Made by a program: the position numbers and the translations under genes. Under the pieces are notes generated by a model that saw nothing but the letters and a program-made list of their open reading frames with translations, made no database searches and had not been told where the DNA came from. This document shows, piece by piece, positions 1-8,685 of a stretch of DNA of 64,000 nt. How positions within the stretch are numbered: position 1 is the first letter of the stretch; every line of letters starts with the position of its first letter. The DNA is from Burkholderiales bacterium (lineage in GTDB: Bacteria > Pseudomonadota > Gammaproteobacteria > Burkholderiales > Burkholderiaceae_C): the NCBI GenBank assembly GCA_021414305.1, contig JAIOOS010000001.1, forward strand, positions 10,694 to 74,693, written 5' to 3'.

Positions 1-387
1 CACGACCAGCACCCGCATCCGCGGCTCTGGGGAACCTTTCCGCGCGTCCTCGGCCACTACAGCCGCGACCTCGGCCTGTTCCCGCTCGAGACCGCCGTGC
101 ACAAGATGACCGGCCTCTCGGCGCGCCAGTTCCGCCTCGCCGACCGCGGCGAAATCCGCGCCGGCGCCTATGCCGATGTGGTCGTGTTCGACGCGGCGAC
201 GATACGCGACACGGCGACGTTCGAGCTGCCGAAGGCGCGTGCCGCGGGCATCGACCTCGTGCTGGTGAACGGCGAGGTTGCCTATCGCCGCGACGCCGAC
301 GAACCGGGAAGAAGCGGGCGGTTCCTGGCTCGGGAGCGGAGTTCGGGACGGGTTCTCAAGGCGGGGGACGTTGCGGCGCCGCCTTGA
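1..387 (+). CDS. N-acyl-D-amino-acid deacylase / amidohydrolase family, C-terminal part (truncated by window start)
   Basis: Frame 1 is open from base 1: HPHPRLWGTFPRVLGHYSRDLGLFPLETAVHKMTGLSA...RGEIRAGAYADVVVFD...GIDLVLVNG, the typical D-aminoacylase C-terminus. Confidence 0.85.
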   Translation, partial: HDQHPHPRLWGTFPRVLGHYSRDLGLFPLETAVHKMTGLSARQFRLADRGEIRAGAYADVVVFDAATIRDTATFELPKARAAGIDLVLVNGEVAYRRDADEPGRSGRFLARERSSGRVLKAGDVAAPP

Positions 388-585
388 CCGACTTCACGAA
401 GGCCGGATCGGCATTGCCGAGCCGGGTGCTCCGGCTCGCAACCCGGCCATCGGCGTCGAGCAGGATCGACGCGGTCGTGTGGTTGAAGTCGCCGCTCTTC
501 AGGGCACGGTACTGGATGCCCAGCATTGCGCCGGCCTATCAAGCTGGTTCACCAATGAAAGGGGCGGACTGACGAGTTCGGTTCC

Positions 586-599
586 TTGAGCGACATCAA
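586..599. promoter_or_regulatory. FNR/FnrL-type binding box upstream of hemN
   Basis: TTGAG-CGAC-ATCAA, 1 mismatch to the TTGAT-N4-ATCAA consensus, 34 bp upstream of the hemN ATG. Confidence 0.7.
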
Positions 600-632
600 G
601 CCGAAACGCCCGGGACGCAGTCACCATGGGTC

Positions 633-2039
633 ATGTCCGCCGTCCTGACGCTTGCCCACGCCCAGTCGCTGCTCACCCCCGAGTTCCTGGGCAAGTTCGA
701 CACGCCCGGGCCCCGGTACACGTCGTACCCGACCGCGGATCGGTTCGCCGCCGGCTTCCTCCCGTCCGATGCGATCAGGGCGCTGGCGCACAACAGGACG
801 ACCAACGCCGCCGCGCCGCTGTCGCTGTATGTGCACATCCCCTTCTGCGAGCAGCTCTGCTACTACTGCGCCTGCAACAAGATCATCACCAAGCACCATG
901 AACGCGCCGCCGAGTACCTGGGGGCGCTCGAGCGGGAGCTGGAGCTGGTGACGGCGGAGATGGGGAGCGGCCGTGTCGTCTCTCAACTGCATCTGGGTGG
1001 CGGCTCGCCCACCTTCCTGTCGGACGAGGAGCTGGGCAGGCTCATGCAAGGCCTGCGGTCGAGGTTCGAGTTCACGCCGGACTCCGAGATCTCGATCGAG
1101 GTCGACCCGCGCACGGTCACGCCGGCGCGACTGGGCGCACTTCGGGCGATGGGATTCAATCGCCTGAGCTTCGGCGTGCAGGACTTCGACCCCGAGGTCC
1201 AGAAGGCGGTGCATCGGGTCCAGTCTTTCGAGAGCGTGCGCGACCTGATGATCAGCGCGCGAGACCTGGGCTTCGCGTCGATCAACGCCGACCTCATCTA
1301 CGGCCTGCCGAAGCAGACTCCGGAGAGCTTTGCGCGAACCATCCGGCAGATCGGCGAGTTGCGGCCCGATCGCATCGCCCTGTACGCCTACGCCCACCTG
1401 CCCGAGCGGTTCAAGCCGCAGCGCCGCATCATCGACCATGACTTGCCGAGTGGCCCGCAACGCGTGGTGATGCTGGGCGACGCCATCGGCGGGTTCCTGT
1501 CGCGCGACTACCAGTACATCGGCATGGACCACTTCGCGCTGCCCGGCGATTCGCTGGCCGTGGCGAAGCGGGAAGGGCGCTTGCACCGCAACTTCCAGGG
1601 CTACAGCACCCAGCCGGACTGCGACCTGGTGGCGTTGGGCGTCTCCGCCATCGGCCGGATCGGCGCGACGTACTACCAGAACGCGAAGACTCTCCCGGAG
1701 TACTACGAGGCGCTGCGGCAGGGCCTGCTTCCGGTCGTGCGCGGCTACACGCTCACGCAGGACGACACCATCCGTGCCGACGTGATCATGGCCCTCATGT
1801 GCCAGGGGCACGTGGAGTTCTCGAGCCTGGAGGCCAGGCACGGCATCCGCATGAAGGATTACTTCGCCGCTGAGCTGGCGGCCCTGGAGAGTCTGGCCGA
1901 GGCCCGCCTCGTCGTGATTGCCGGCGGCTCGCTGCAGGTGACGCTGGCGGGATGGTTCCTGGTGCGCGCCATCGCCATGGTGTTCGATCGCCACTTGCAG
2001 GCTGCAAAGGACCGGCGCAGCTTCTCCCGCGTCGTCTGA
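633..2039 (+). CDS. hemN: Oxygen-independent coproporphyrinogen III oxidase (radical SAM)
   Basis: GPRYTSYPTA N-terminus, LYVHIPFC, CxxxCxxC (CEQLCYYC), HLGGGSP, HRNFQGY. Confidence 0.95.
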   Translation: MSAVLTLAHAQSLLTPEFLGKFDTPGPRYTSYPTADRFAAGFLPSDAIRALAHNRTTNAAAPLSLYVHIPFCEQLCYYCACNKIITKHHERAAEYLGALERELELVTAEMGSGRVVSQLHLGGGSPTFLSDEELGRLMQGLRSRFEFTPDSEISIEVDPRTVTPARLGALRAMGFNRLSFGVQDFDPEVQKAVHRVQSFESVRDLMISARDLGFASINADLIYGLPKQTPESFARTIRQIGELRPDRIALYAYAHLPERFKPQRRIIDHDLPSGPQRVVMLGDAIGGFLSRDYQYIGMDHFALPGDSLAVAKREGRLHRNFQGYSTQPDCDLVALGVSAIGRIGATYYQNAKTLPEYYEALRQGLLPVVRGYTLTQDDTIRADVIMALMCQGHVEFSSLEARHGIRMKDYFAAELAALESLAEARLVVIAGGSLQVTLAGWFLVRAIAMVFDRHLQAAKDRRSFSRVV

Positions 2040-2046
2040 GGGCTGT

Positions 2047-3165
2047 TCATCGCGCTGGAGCGACGGCCTTCCACCCCAGCACGTGCAGGTGCAGGTTCTG
2101 CACGTACAGACGGTCGGCGGTCTCGGTGAGGCCGGTGGTCTCGGGGTAGGCGCCCGACGGGTCCTGCAGGTCGGCAAGGACCTTGCCGTCTTCGCTGAAC
2201 GCCATCACGTGGCCGTAGCGCTTGGGCAGCGGCCACAGCGCGCGCGGCAGGCGCAGCGTGAGCTCGCGCATGAAGGGCTTTCCGGCCATCGCGTCGATGT
2301 CCGGGCTGCGGGGACCTGAGAAGCCGAGCCAGATGCGGCCTTCCTGGCCGCGCATCAGGTTGTCGGGGTAGCCGGGCAGGTTATCGAACAGGATGCTCGC
2401 CTGCGACGGCGAAGCGCCCTTGCCCAGGTCGACGTCGCTGGCCGCGACGCTGACCTTCCATACCCGGTACTTTCCCGTCTCGGCGACGAACAGGCTCTGC
2501 TCGTCGCTGCTCAGCGCCACGCCGTTGGCGAAGCTCAGCCCCTTGACGACGATGCGGGTCGCGTTGGCCGCGGGGTCGTACTCGAGGATGCGGCCTGTGG
2601 AGGCCTGCTCGATGATGTCGAGCACCGCGGCCTCGAACGTGCCGCCCCACTGTGCCGGACCGAAGCGCGCCGAGGCATCGCTGAAGTAGACCTTGCCCGT
2701 CTTCGCGACCACCACCGCATCGGCGTAGCGGATCGGATCGCCGCCGACCTTGTCTGTGAGCAGCGTCACCTTGCGGTCGGGATCGATCGCGAGCAGGCCC
2801 TTCACCGCGTCGGCGGCGATCAGCCGGCCGGCGGCATCGAAGGCGAAGCCGAGGACGCGGCCGCCGGTGTTGGCGAACACCTCCTGCGCCGAGCCGTCGG
2901 GATTCATGCGCACGATGTTGCCGCTGGCCATCGCGGCATAGAGCTTGCCGTCGCGCCCGAGCACGATGTGCTCGGGGCCTGCCTCGGCGCCGAGCTGGAT
3001 CAGCGTGAGGCCGGCGAGCTTGTCGTTTGCCGCATGCGGCCCGGTGTAGCCCGGTGCGGCAGGCGCCTTCCAGGCGACGGCGTGGATGGGCACGGGCCAC
3101 AGGCCGAGATATGCCGCGAGCAGCAGCAGGAGGACCGCAACCGTCCAGACAATCCGCTTGATCAT
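2047..3165 (-). CDS. SMP-30/gluconolactonase/strictosidine-synthase-like beta-propeller protein with N-terminal membrane anchor
   Basis: Start MIKRIVWTVAVLLLLLAAYLGLWP after a GGGGGAG RBS; GPEHIV, GGRVLG, YFSDAS, FANGVALS, NLPGYPDN motifs. The upstream part of the track ORF is a shadow frame. Confidence 0.85.
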   Translation of the reverse strand: MIKRIVWTVAVLLLLLAAYLGLWPVPIHAVAWKAPAAPGYTGPHAANDKLAGLTLIQLGAEAGPEHIVLGRDGKLYAAMASGNIVRMNPDGSAQEVFANTGGRVLGFAFDAAGRLIAADAVKGLLAIDPDRKVTLLTDKVGGDPIRYADAVVVAKTGKVYFSDASARFGPAQWGGTFEAAVLDIIEQASTGRILEYDPAANATRIVVKGLSFANGVALSSDEQSLFVAETGKYRVWKVSVAASDVDLGKGASPSQASILFDNLPGYPDNLMRGQEGRIWLGFSGPRSPDIDAMAGKPFMRELTLRLPRALWPLPKRYGHVMAFSEDGKVLADLQDPSGAYPETTGLTETADRLYVQNLHLHVLGWKAVAPAR

Positions 3166-3315
3166 TCTTGTCTCCCCCGGCGCTGTCCTGCCTCCCAGGC
3201 GAACCGCGACAGCAAACGATAGCGGCTTTCGAGCGCGGCGAACACCTTCGGCCAGCGCGGCGCCGGAACTATCCTCGCTCCGGTGTGGATCCGGGCTTGA
3301 ACGGAGGAGCGAAGC

Positions 3316-4677
3316 GTGCAGATCGAGCAAGAGCTTGCCCAGTTCGTCTGCGAGCTGCAGGTTGCCGACGTGCCTGCATCGGCGCAGCGGGTGATGCGCC
3401 AGATGGTCATGGCGGTCGTCGGCACCGGCATCGCCGGCGCCGACGAGGACGGCATCGTGGCATTGCGCGACCTCCTGCGCGAGGCAGGCGGAACGCCTCA
3501 GGCGACGACGCTCGTGTTCGGCGATCGCCTTCCGGCGCACTCGGCCGCGCAGTTCAACGGCACGATGTGCCGCGCCCTCGACTACTGCGACGCGATGGCG
3601 CCTGGGCCGCACATCGGCTCGGCCCTGTTCCCGGCGGCGCTGGCCGCCGCCGAGCTCGCCGGCGGTTGCAGCGGCGGCGAGTTCATGGCGGCGTTGGCGG
3701 CGGGCGCCGAGCTCAGCTCGCGCCTCAACCTGAGCGAGGCCCAGTACGACGGTTTCGATCCGACCGGGATCGCGGTGCCGTTTTCCGCCGCTGCCGCCGC
3801 GTCGCGCATCCTGAAGCTCACGCCAGAGCAGACGCTGCATGCGCTCGCGCTGGTCTTCAACCGCTGTGGCGGCAGCTTCCAGAGCCACGTGGACGGCTCG
3901 CTCGGTGTGCGCTTCGTGCAGGGCTGGGTGGCCGAGGCCGGCGTGCAATGCGCGCAGCTGGCCCGGCGCGGCGTTACCGGTCCGGTGAACTTCCTGACCG
4001 GTCACTACGGCTATCGCCACCTCTATGGCCGCGGCACCCTGGACCCCGGGGCGATCGCCGCGAATCTCGGCCGGGAGTGGCTGCTGCACCGGATGGTCTT
4101 CAAGAAGTATCCGAGCTGCGGCGTCACGCAAGGGATGACCGAGCTCGCCCTGGCGCTCGTCGGCGAGGGCCTGCAAGCGCAGGATGTCCGATCGGTCGAA
4201 GTCCGGCTGCCGCCCTACGCCTTCAAGCTGGTGGGCAAGGCGTTCGACCCGGGCGCGAATCCGCGCGTGGACGCGCAGTTCAGCGCCGCCTACTGCGTCG
4301 CGAACGCCGTGGTCCGCCGTTCGTCGAAACTGCAGCACTTCGCGCCGGCGCAGGTCTTCGATCCGGCGTTGCGCGAGATGATCGAGCGCATCGAGGTCGT
4401 CCCCGAACCGGCCATGAATGCCCGCGGGCACGCCGCCGTCGATCTCGATGTCACTACCAACGACGGCCTGACCCGCAAGCGCGGCCTCGACATTCCGCCG
4501 GGCTTCCCGGGCGCGGACCTCGACGACGACCAGCATCTGGCCCGCTTCCGTGATTGTCTTGGCTACGCGCCGATGCGGGTGGCCTCGGCGCAAGCCGATC
4601 GCTTGCTGGAGACCCTGCAGGGCATCGCTCGCCTGGACGACGTTCGCTCGCTCGTTCCCCTGCTCGTCGTTCGATGA
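3316..4677 (+). CDS. MmgE/PrpD family protein (paralog 1)
   Basis: GGAGGA RBS and GTG start; AQFNGTMCRALDYCD, HIGSALFPAALAAAE, KKYPSC, AQFSAAYCVA motifs. Confidence 0.85.
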   Translation: MQIEQELAQFVCELQVADVPASAQRVMRQMVMAVVGTGIAGADEDGIVALRDLLREAGGTPQATTLVFGDRLPAHSAAQFNGTMCRALDYCDAMAPGPHIGSALFPAALAAAELAGGCSGGEFMAALAAGAELSSRLNLSEAQYDGFDPTGIAVPFSAAAAASRILKLTPEQTLHALALVFNRCGGSFQSHVDGSLGVRFVQGWVAEAGVQCAQLARRGVTGPVNFLTGHYGYRHLYGRGTLDPGAIAANLGREWLLHRMVFKKYPSCGVTQGMTELALALVGEGLQAQDVRSVEVRLPPYAFKLVGKAFDPGANPRVDAQFSAAYCVANAVVRRSSKLQHFAPAQVFDPALREMIERIEVVPEPAMNARGHAAVDLDVTTNDGLTRKRGLDIPPGFPGADLDDDQHLARFRDCLGYAPMRVASAQADRLLETLQGIARLDDVRSLVPLLVVR

Positions 4678-4696
4678 GCCAGGTTCGGCGACAGGA

Positions 4697-6055
4697 TCAA
4701 GCGCCCAGGATCGGTCCGATCGATGCGGTCGTCGAGAGCTGCCAGGTCCGGTCGATCACGGACCGCATTTCGTCGGCATCGGCAGCGCCGGAGAACGCCG
4801 CCAGGCGCAGCGCCTTGGCCTCCAGTTCGGCGCGGCTGAGACTGTTGCCCGGATCGCCCTTGGGTTCGTCGACGCGACCGCTCAGCACTCGACCGTCCCG
4901 CGTCTGCACGGTCACCTTGCCGATCCAGCGCGCCGGGTAGGCGCGATCGACCTCGTCGTCGAGCTGCATCGACACCCGGTCGCGCAGCGCCATCACGTCG
5001 GACCGGCGATAGTCTTGCTCGAAGTCGGCGAGGCTCGCCGAGCCGTTGCAGGCGATGAGGCCGAGCACGGTGCCCATCGAGAACTTCGACTGGTGCACCG
5101 TGCGCGGGTCGACCACCGGGCCGAGCACGTCGATCGCGCCCTGGTGAACGTGCGCCGTCACCCGCTCGATCTGTTCCACCGGCACGGCGTGCGCCTTCAG
5201 CACCTGCTGCAGCGCGTCGGCCGCCGGATGGGTGTGGCGGCAGGAGGCGTGGAACTTGAACGAGGTCTCGGCCAGCGCCCAGCGCTCGCCGAGACGATCG
5301 ACCAGGCGAGCCGGGTCGGCGTCTTTCGACATCCCCGCCGCGAGCCCTTGCGGCCCCTCGAGGATCTGCCGTGCGCCGGTGAGGCCTTCGCGCGCGAGAT
5401 GGGCCGACATCAGGCCGGCCGAGGCCGCGTGAGCGGTGTGCAGCTGCTTCGAATCGGCGGCGTCGCGGAGAAACTCCCACAGGCCCGCGGCCTGCGTGCC
5501 GGCCGAGCCGAAGGCATGCAGCATCTGCGTCGGCGAGAGGCCGAGCAGGTGGCCGGTGGCGGCGGCGGCGGCGAGCGTGCCGGCCGTTCCGGTGGTGTGG
5601 AAGATCTTGTAGTGCGAGCGGCCGAGGAACTCGCCGATGCGGATGCCCACCTCGTAGCCGACCACCGAAGCCGTCAGCAGCTCGGCACCGGAGGAGCCGA
5701 GCGCCTGGGCCGTGGCCAGGGCCGCCGGAAACACGACCGCGGCCGGATGGAACACCGAGCCGTTGTGCACGTCGTCCTGCTCGGCGAAGTGGGAAGACGC
5801 GGCGTTGACCATCGCTGCAAAGTAGGGCGTGCTGCTGCCGCGACTGATGAGGATTTCCGAGGGGCCGCTGGTCGGCCCCATGAGCCGCGCGAAGGTCGCT
5901 ATCGCCTCCACCGGCCGCGCCCCCTTGCCGGCGAGGGCCGAGGCGAGCCAGTCGAGAAGCAGGTCCTCGGCGCGGCGGATCACCGGTTCGGGAATGCGGT
6001 CGTGGCGAAGCTCGGCGGCGAACGTCGCCAGTGCCTGCGTGGGGCGGTCGGTCAT
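4697..6055 (-). CDS. MmgE/PrpD family protein (paralog 2; methylsuccinate/itaconate-cluster type)
   Basis: ASSHFAEQDDVH, HPAAVVFP, HTTGT, KQLHTAHAA, KFHASCRHTH, SKFSM, PKGDP motifs. Confidence 0.9.
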   Translation of the reverse strand: MTDRPTQALATFAAELRHDRIPEPVIRRAEDLLLDWLASALAGKGARPVEAIATFARLMGPTSGPSEILISRGSSTPYFAAMVNAASSHFAEQDDVHNGSVFHPAAVVFPAALATAQALGSSGAELLTASVVGYEVGIRIGEFLGRSHYKIFHTTGTAGTLAAAAATGHLLGLSPTQMLHAFGSAGTQAAGLWEFLRDAADSKQLHTAHAASAGLMSAHLAREGLTGARQILEGPQGLAAGMSKDADPARLVDRLGERWALAETSFKFHASCRHTHPAADALQQVLKAHAVPVEQIERVTAHVHQGAIDVLGPVVDPRTVHQSKFSMGTVLGLIACNGSASLADFEQDYRRSDVMALRDRVSMQLDDEVDRAYPARWIGKVTVQTRDGRVLSGRVDEPKGDPGNSLSRAELEAKALRLAAFSGAADADEMRSVIDRTWQLSTTASIGPILGA

Positions 6056-6067
6056 GATGCGGTCCGG

Positions 6068-7258
6068 TCAGAGGGCATTCGCGGCTCGCAGGCCGGCCGT
6101 TTCGGCGGCCGTGTAGCCGAGCTCGGCCAGCAGCGCGTCGGTGTGCTCGCCGAGGGCCGGCACCGCATCCATGCGCACCGAGGACGGCCCGGCTGCGCCG
6201 GGCGGCAGCAGCGCCGGGATCGGGCCGGCCGGCGTGGCCACGTCGACCCAGCGATCGCGGGCCCGGAGCTGGGCATGCTGCCAGACCGCGCGCATGTCGT
6301 TGACGTTCGCGTTGGCGATCCGGGCCGCCTCGAGGCGACTGACGATCTCTTCGGCAGTGAGGCTCGCGAAAGCGTCCACGATCAGCGCATACAGCTCGGC
6401 GCGAGCGCCCGTCCGCTTCGAGTTGGACGAGAAGCGCGGGTCGACGGCCAGGGCCGGCTGGCGCAGCACCTGCTCGCAGAAGACCGTCCACTCGCGCTCG
6501 TTCTGCAGGCCGAGCATCACCGTCCTGCCGTCGCCGGCGGGAAAAGGCCCGTAGGGATAGATCGTCGCGTGCGCGGCACCGGCGCGCGGCGGCGGCTCGG
6601 CGCCGGCGTAGGCGTAGTACATCGGGTAGCCCATCCACTCGACCATGCTCTCGAGCATGGAGACGTCGATGCGCGTGCCCTCGCCGGTGCGGCCGCGGGC
6701 GATCAGCGCGGCCAGGATGTTCGAGTAGGCATACATGCCGGCGGCGATGTCGGCGATCGAGCAGCCGGCCTTGGCCGGCTCCTGTGGCGTTCCCGTCACC
6801 GAGAGGAAGCCCGACTCGCTCTGGATCAGCAGGTCGTAGGCCTTCTTGTCGCGATACGGCCCGGGGCGCGCCGGATCGTCGCCATAGCCCGAGATGTCGC
6901 AGACGATGAGCCGGGGATGCGCGGCGTGCAGCGCCTCGAAGGAAAGGCCGAGCCGGGCCGAGGCGCCGGGCGCCAGGTTCTGCACCAGCACGTCGGCCCG
7001 GGCGAGCAGCTTCTTCAGCACCTCGACCGCTTGCGGGTGCTTGAGGTCGAGCGTCACGCTCTCCTTGGAGCGGTTGGTCCACACGAAGTGCGAGGCCAGC
7101 CCTTCGACGCGCTCGTCGTAGGCGCGGGCGAAGTCGCCGGCGCCCGGCCGCTCGACCTTGATCACCCGGGCGCCGAGGTCGGCGAGCTGGCGGGTGCAGA
7201 ACGGCGCGGCGATCGCGTGCTCGAGCGCGACGACGACGATGCCTTCGAGCGGCAGCAT
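6068..7258 (-). CDS. CaiB/BaiF (class III) CoA-transferase, itaconate CoA-transferase-like
   Basis: MLPLEGIVVVALEHAIAAPFCTRQLADLGARVIKVERPG.GDFAR.YD; NRSKESVTLDLK; start overlaps the upstream stop (TGATG). Confidence 0.9.
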   Translation of the reverse strand: MLPLEGIVVVALEHAIAAPFCTRQLADLGARVIKVERPGAGDFARAYDERVEGLASHFVWTNRSKESVTLDLKHPQAVEVLKKLLARADVLVQNLAPGASARLGLSFEALHAAHPRLIVCDISGYGDDPARPGPYRDKKAYDLLIQSESGFLSVTGTPQEPAKAGCSIADIAAGMYAYSNILAALIARGRTGEGTRIDVSMLESMVEWMGYPMYYAYAGAEPPPRAGAAHATIYPYGPFPAGDGRTVMLGLQNEREWTVFCEQVLRQPALAVDPRFSSNSKRTGARAELYALIVDAFASLTAEEIVSRLEAARIANANVNDMRAVWQHAQLRARDRWVDVATPAGPIPALLPPGAAGPSSVRMDAVPALGEHTDALLAELGYTAAETAGLRAANAL

Positions 7259-8421
7259 CAGAAGGAGCGCGGCAGTCCGAGCACGTGCTCGGCCACGTAC
7301 GAGAGGATCAGGTTGGTCGAGATCGGCGCCACCTGGTAGAGGCGCGTCTCGCGGAACTTGCGCTCGACGTCGTATTCGTCGGCGAAGCCGAAGCCGCCGT
7401 GGAACTGGATGCAGGCATTGGCCGCCTCCCAGCTCGCCTTGGCGGCGAGGTACTTCGCCATGTTCGCCTCGGCGCCGCACGGCTGGTGCGCGTCGTACAG
7501 GTCGCATGCCTGCCAGCGCATCAGGTCCGCGGCCTCGACCTCGATGTGCGCCTCGGCGATCGGGAACTGCACGCCCTGGTTCTGGCCGATCGGCCGGCCG
7601 AAGACGACCCGGTCCTTCACATAGCGCGTGACCCGGTCGATGAACCAGTGGCCGTCGCCTATGCATTCGGCGGCGATCAGCGTGCGCTCGGCATTGAGGC
7701 CGTCGAGGATGTACCTGAAGCCCTTGCCTTCCTCGCCGATCAGGTTCTCGGCCGGAATCTCGAGGTTCTCGAAGAACAGCTCGTTGGTCTCGTGGTTCAC
7801 CATGTTCGGGATCGGCCGCACCTCGAGGCCCCGGCCGATCGCCTCGCGCAGGTCGACGATGAAGATCGACATGCCCTCCGACTTCTTCTTCACCTCGGCG
7901 AGCGGCGTGGTGCGCGCCAGCAGGATCATCAGGTCGGAGTGCTGCACGCGCGAGATCCAGACCTTCTGCCCGTTGACCTCGTAGCGGCCGTCCTTGCGCA
8001 CGGCCACGGTCTTGATCTTCGTCGTGTCGGTGCCGGTGCCCGGCTCGGTGACCGCCATCGACTGCAGGCGCAGATCGCCGCTGGCGATGCGCGGCAGGTA
8101 GAGGCGCTTCTGCGCCTCGGAGCCGTGGCGTAGCAGCGTGCCCATGTTGTACATCTGGCCGTGGCAGGCGCCGGCGTTGCCGCCCGAGCGGTTGATCTCT
8201 TCCATGATCACGGAGGCCTCGGCCAGGCCCAGGCCCGAGCCGCCGTACTCCTGCGGGATCATCGCCGCCAGCCAGCCGGCCCCGGTCAGCGCGGTGACGA
8301 AGGCCTCGGGGTAGCCGCGCCGCGAATCGACCTCGCGGAAGTAGGCGTCGGGGAAGGCCTTGCACAGGTCGCGCACGCCTTCGCGGATGTCGCCGTGGCG
8401 GGCGGTACGGGGAGCGGTCAT
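7258..8421 (-). CDS. Acyl-CoA dehydrogenase
   Basis: IPQEYGGSGLG, MAVTEPGTGTD, NGQKVWIS, GLNAER, RVVFGRPIGQNQGVQF, HGGFGFADEYDVER motifs; an alternative start exists at 8430. Confidence 0.92.
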   Translation of the reverse strand: MTAPRTARHGDIREGVRDLCKAFPDAYFREVDSRRGYPEAFVTALTGAGWLAAMIPQEYGGSGLGLAEASVIMEEINRSGGNAGACHGQMYNMGTLLRHGSEAQKRLYLPRIASGDLRLQSMAVTEPGTGTDTTKIKTVAVRKDGRYEVNGQKVWISRVQHSDLMILLARTTPLAEVKKKSEGMSIFIVDLREAIGRGLEVRPIPNMVNHETNELFFENLEIPAENLIGEEGKGFRYILDGLNAERTLIAAECIGDGHWFIDRVTRYVKDRVVFGRPIGQNQGVQFPIAEAHIEVEAADLMRWQACDLYDAHQPCGAEANMAKYLAAKASWEAANACIQFHGGFGFADEYDVERKFRETRLYQVAPISTNLILSYVAEHVLGLPRSF

Positions 8422-8685
8422 CGGCACCATGCGATTGGCCGCCAATGCTACAGACCTGGTTCCGGTCCGGGCGCTTCCGGCGCGCGATATGCGGCCCATG
8501 AACTGGGCGCCCGCGTCACTGGCGCTCCACGCCCGCCTTCTGCCGTAGCCGCGCTCCTACAACGCTTTGGGAATTCGGACGGTAGCCGCTGCATGGCATC
8601 GCTCGCTAGTCTCCCTTCGCTACCAAGCAAACGTCTAGATCTCTCGATCCACCGGCCGCTGGCGGCCTCAACCGAGGAACAAGGT

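Noticed and set aside
8434-8446. ATTGGC-C-GCCAAT palindrome upstream of the acyl-CoA dehydrogenase
   Set aside because: Could be an operator, but it is short, occurs once, and no cognate regulator is in the window
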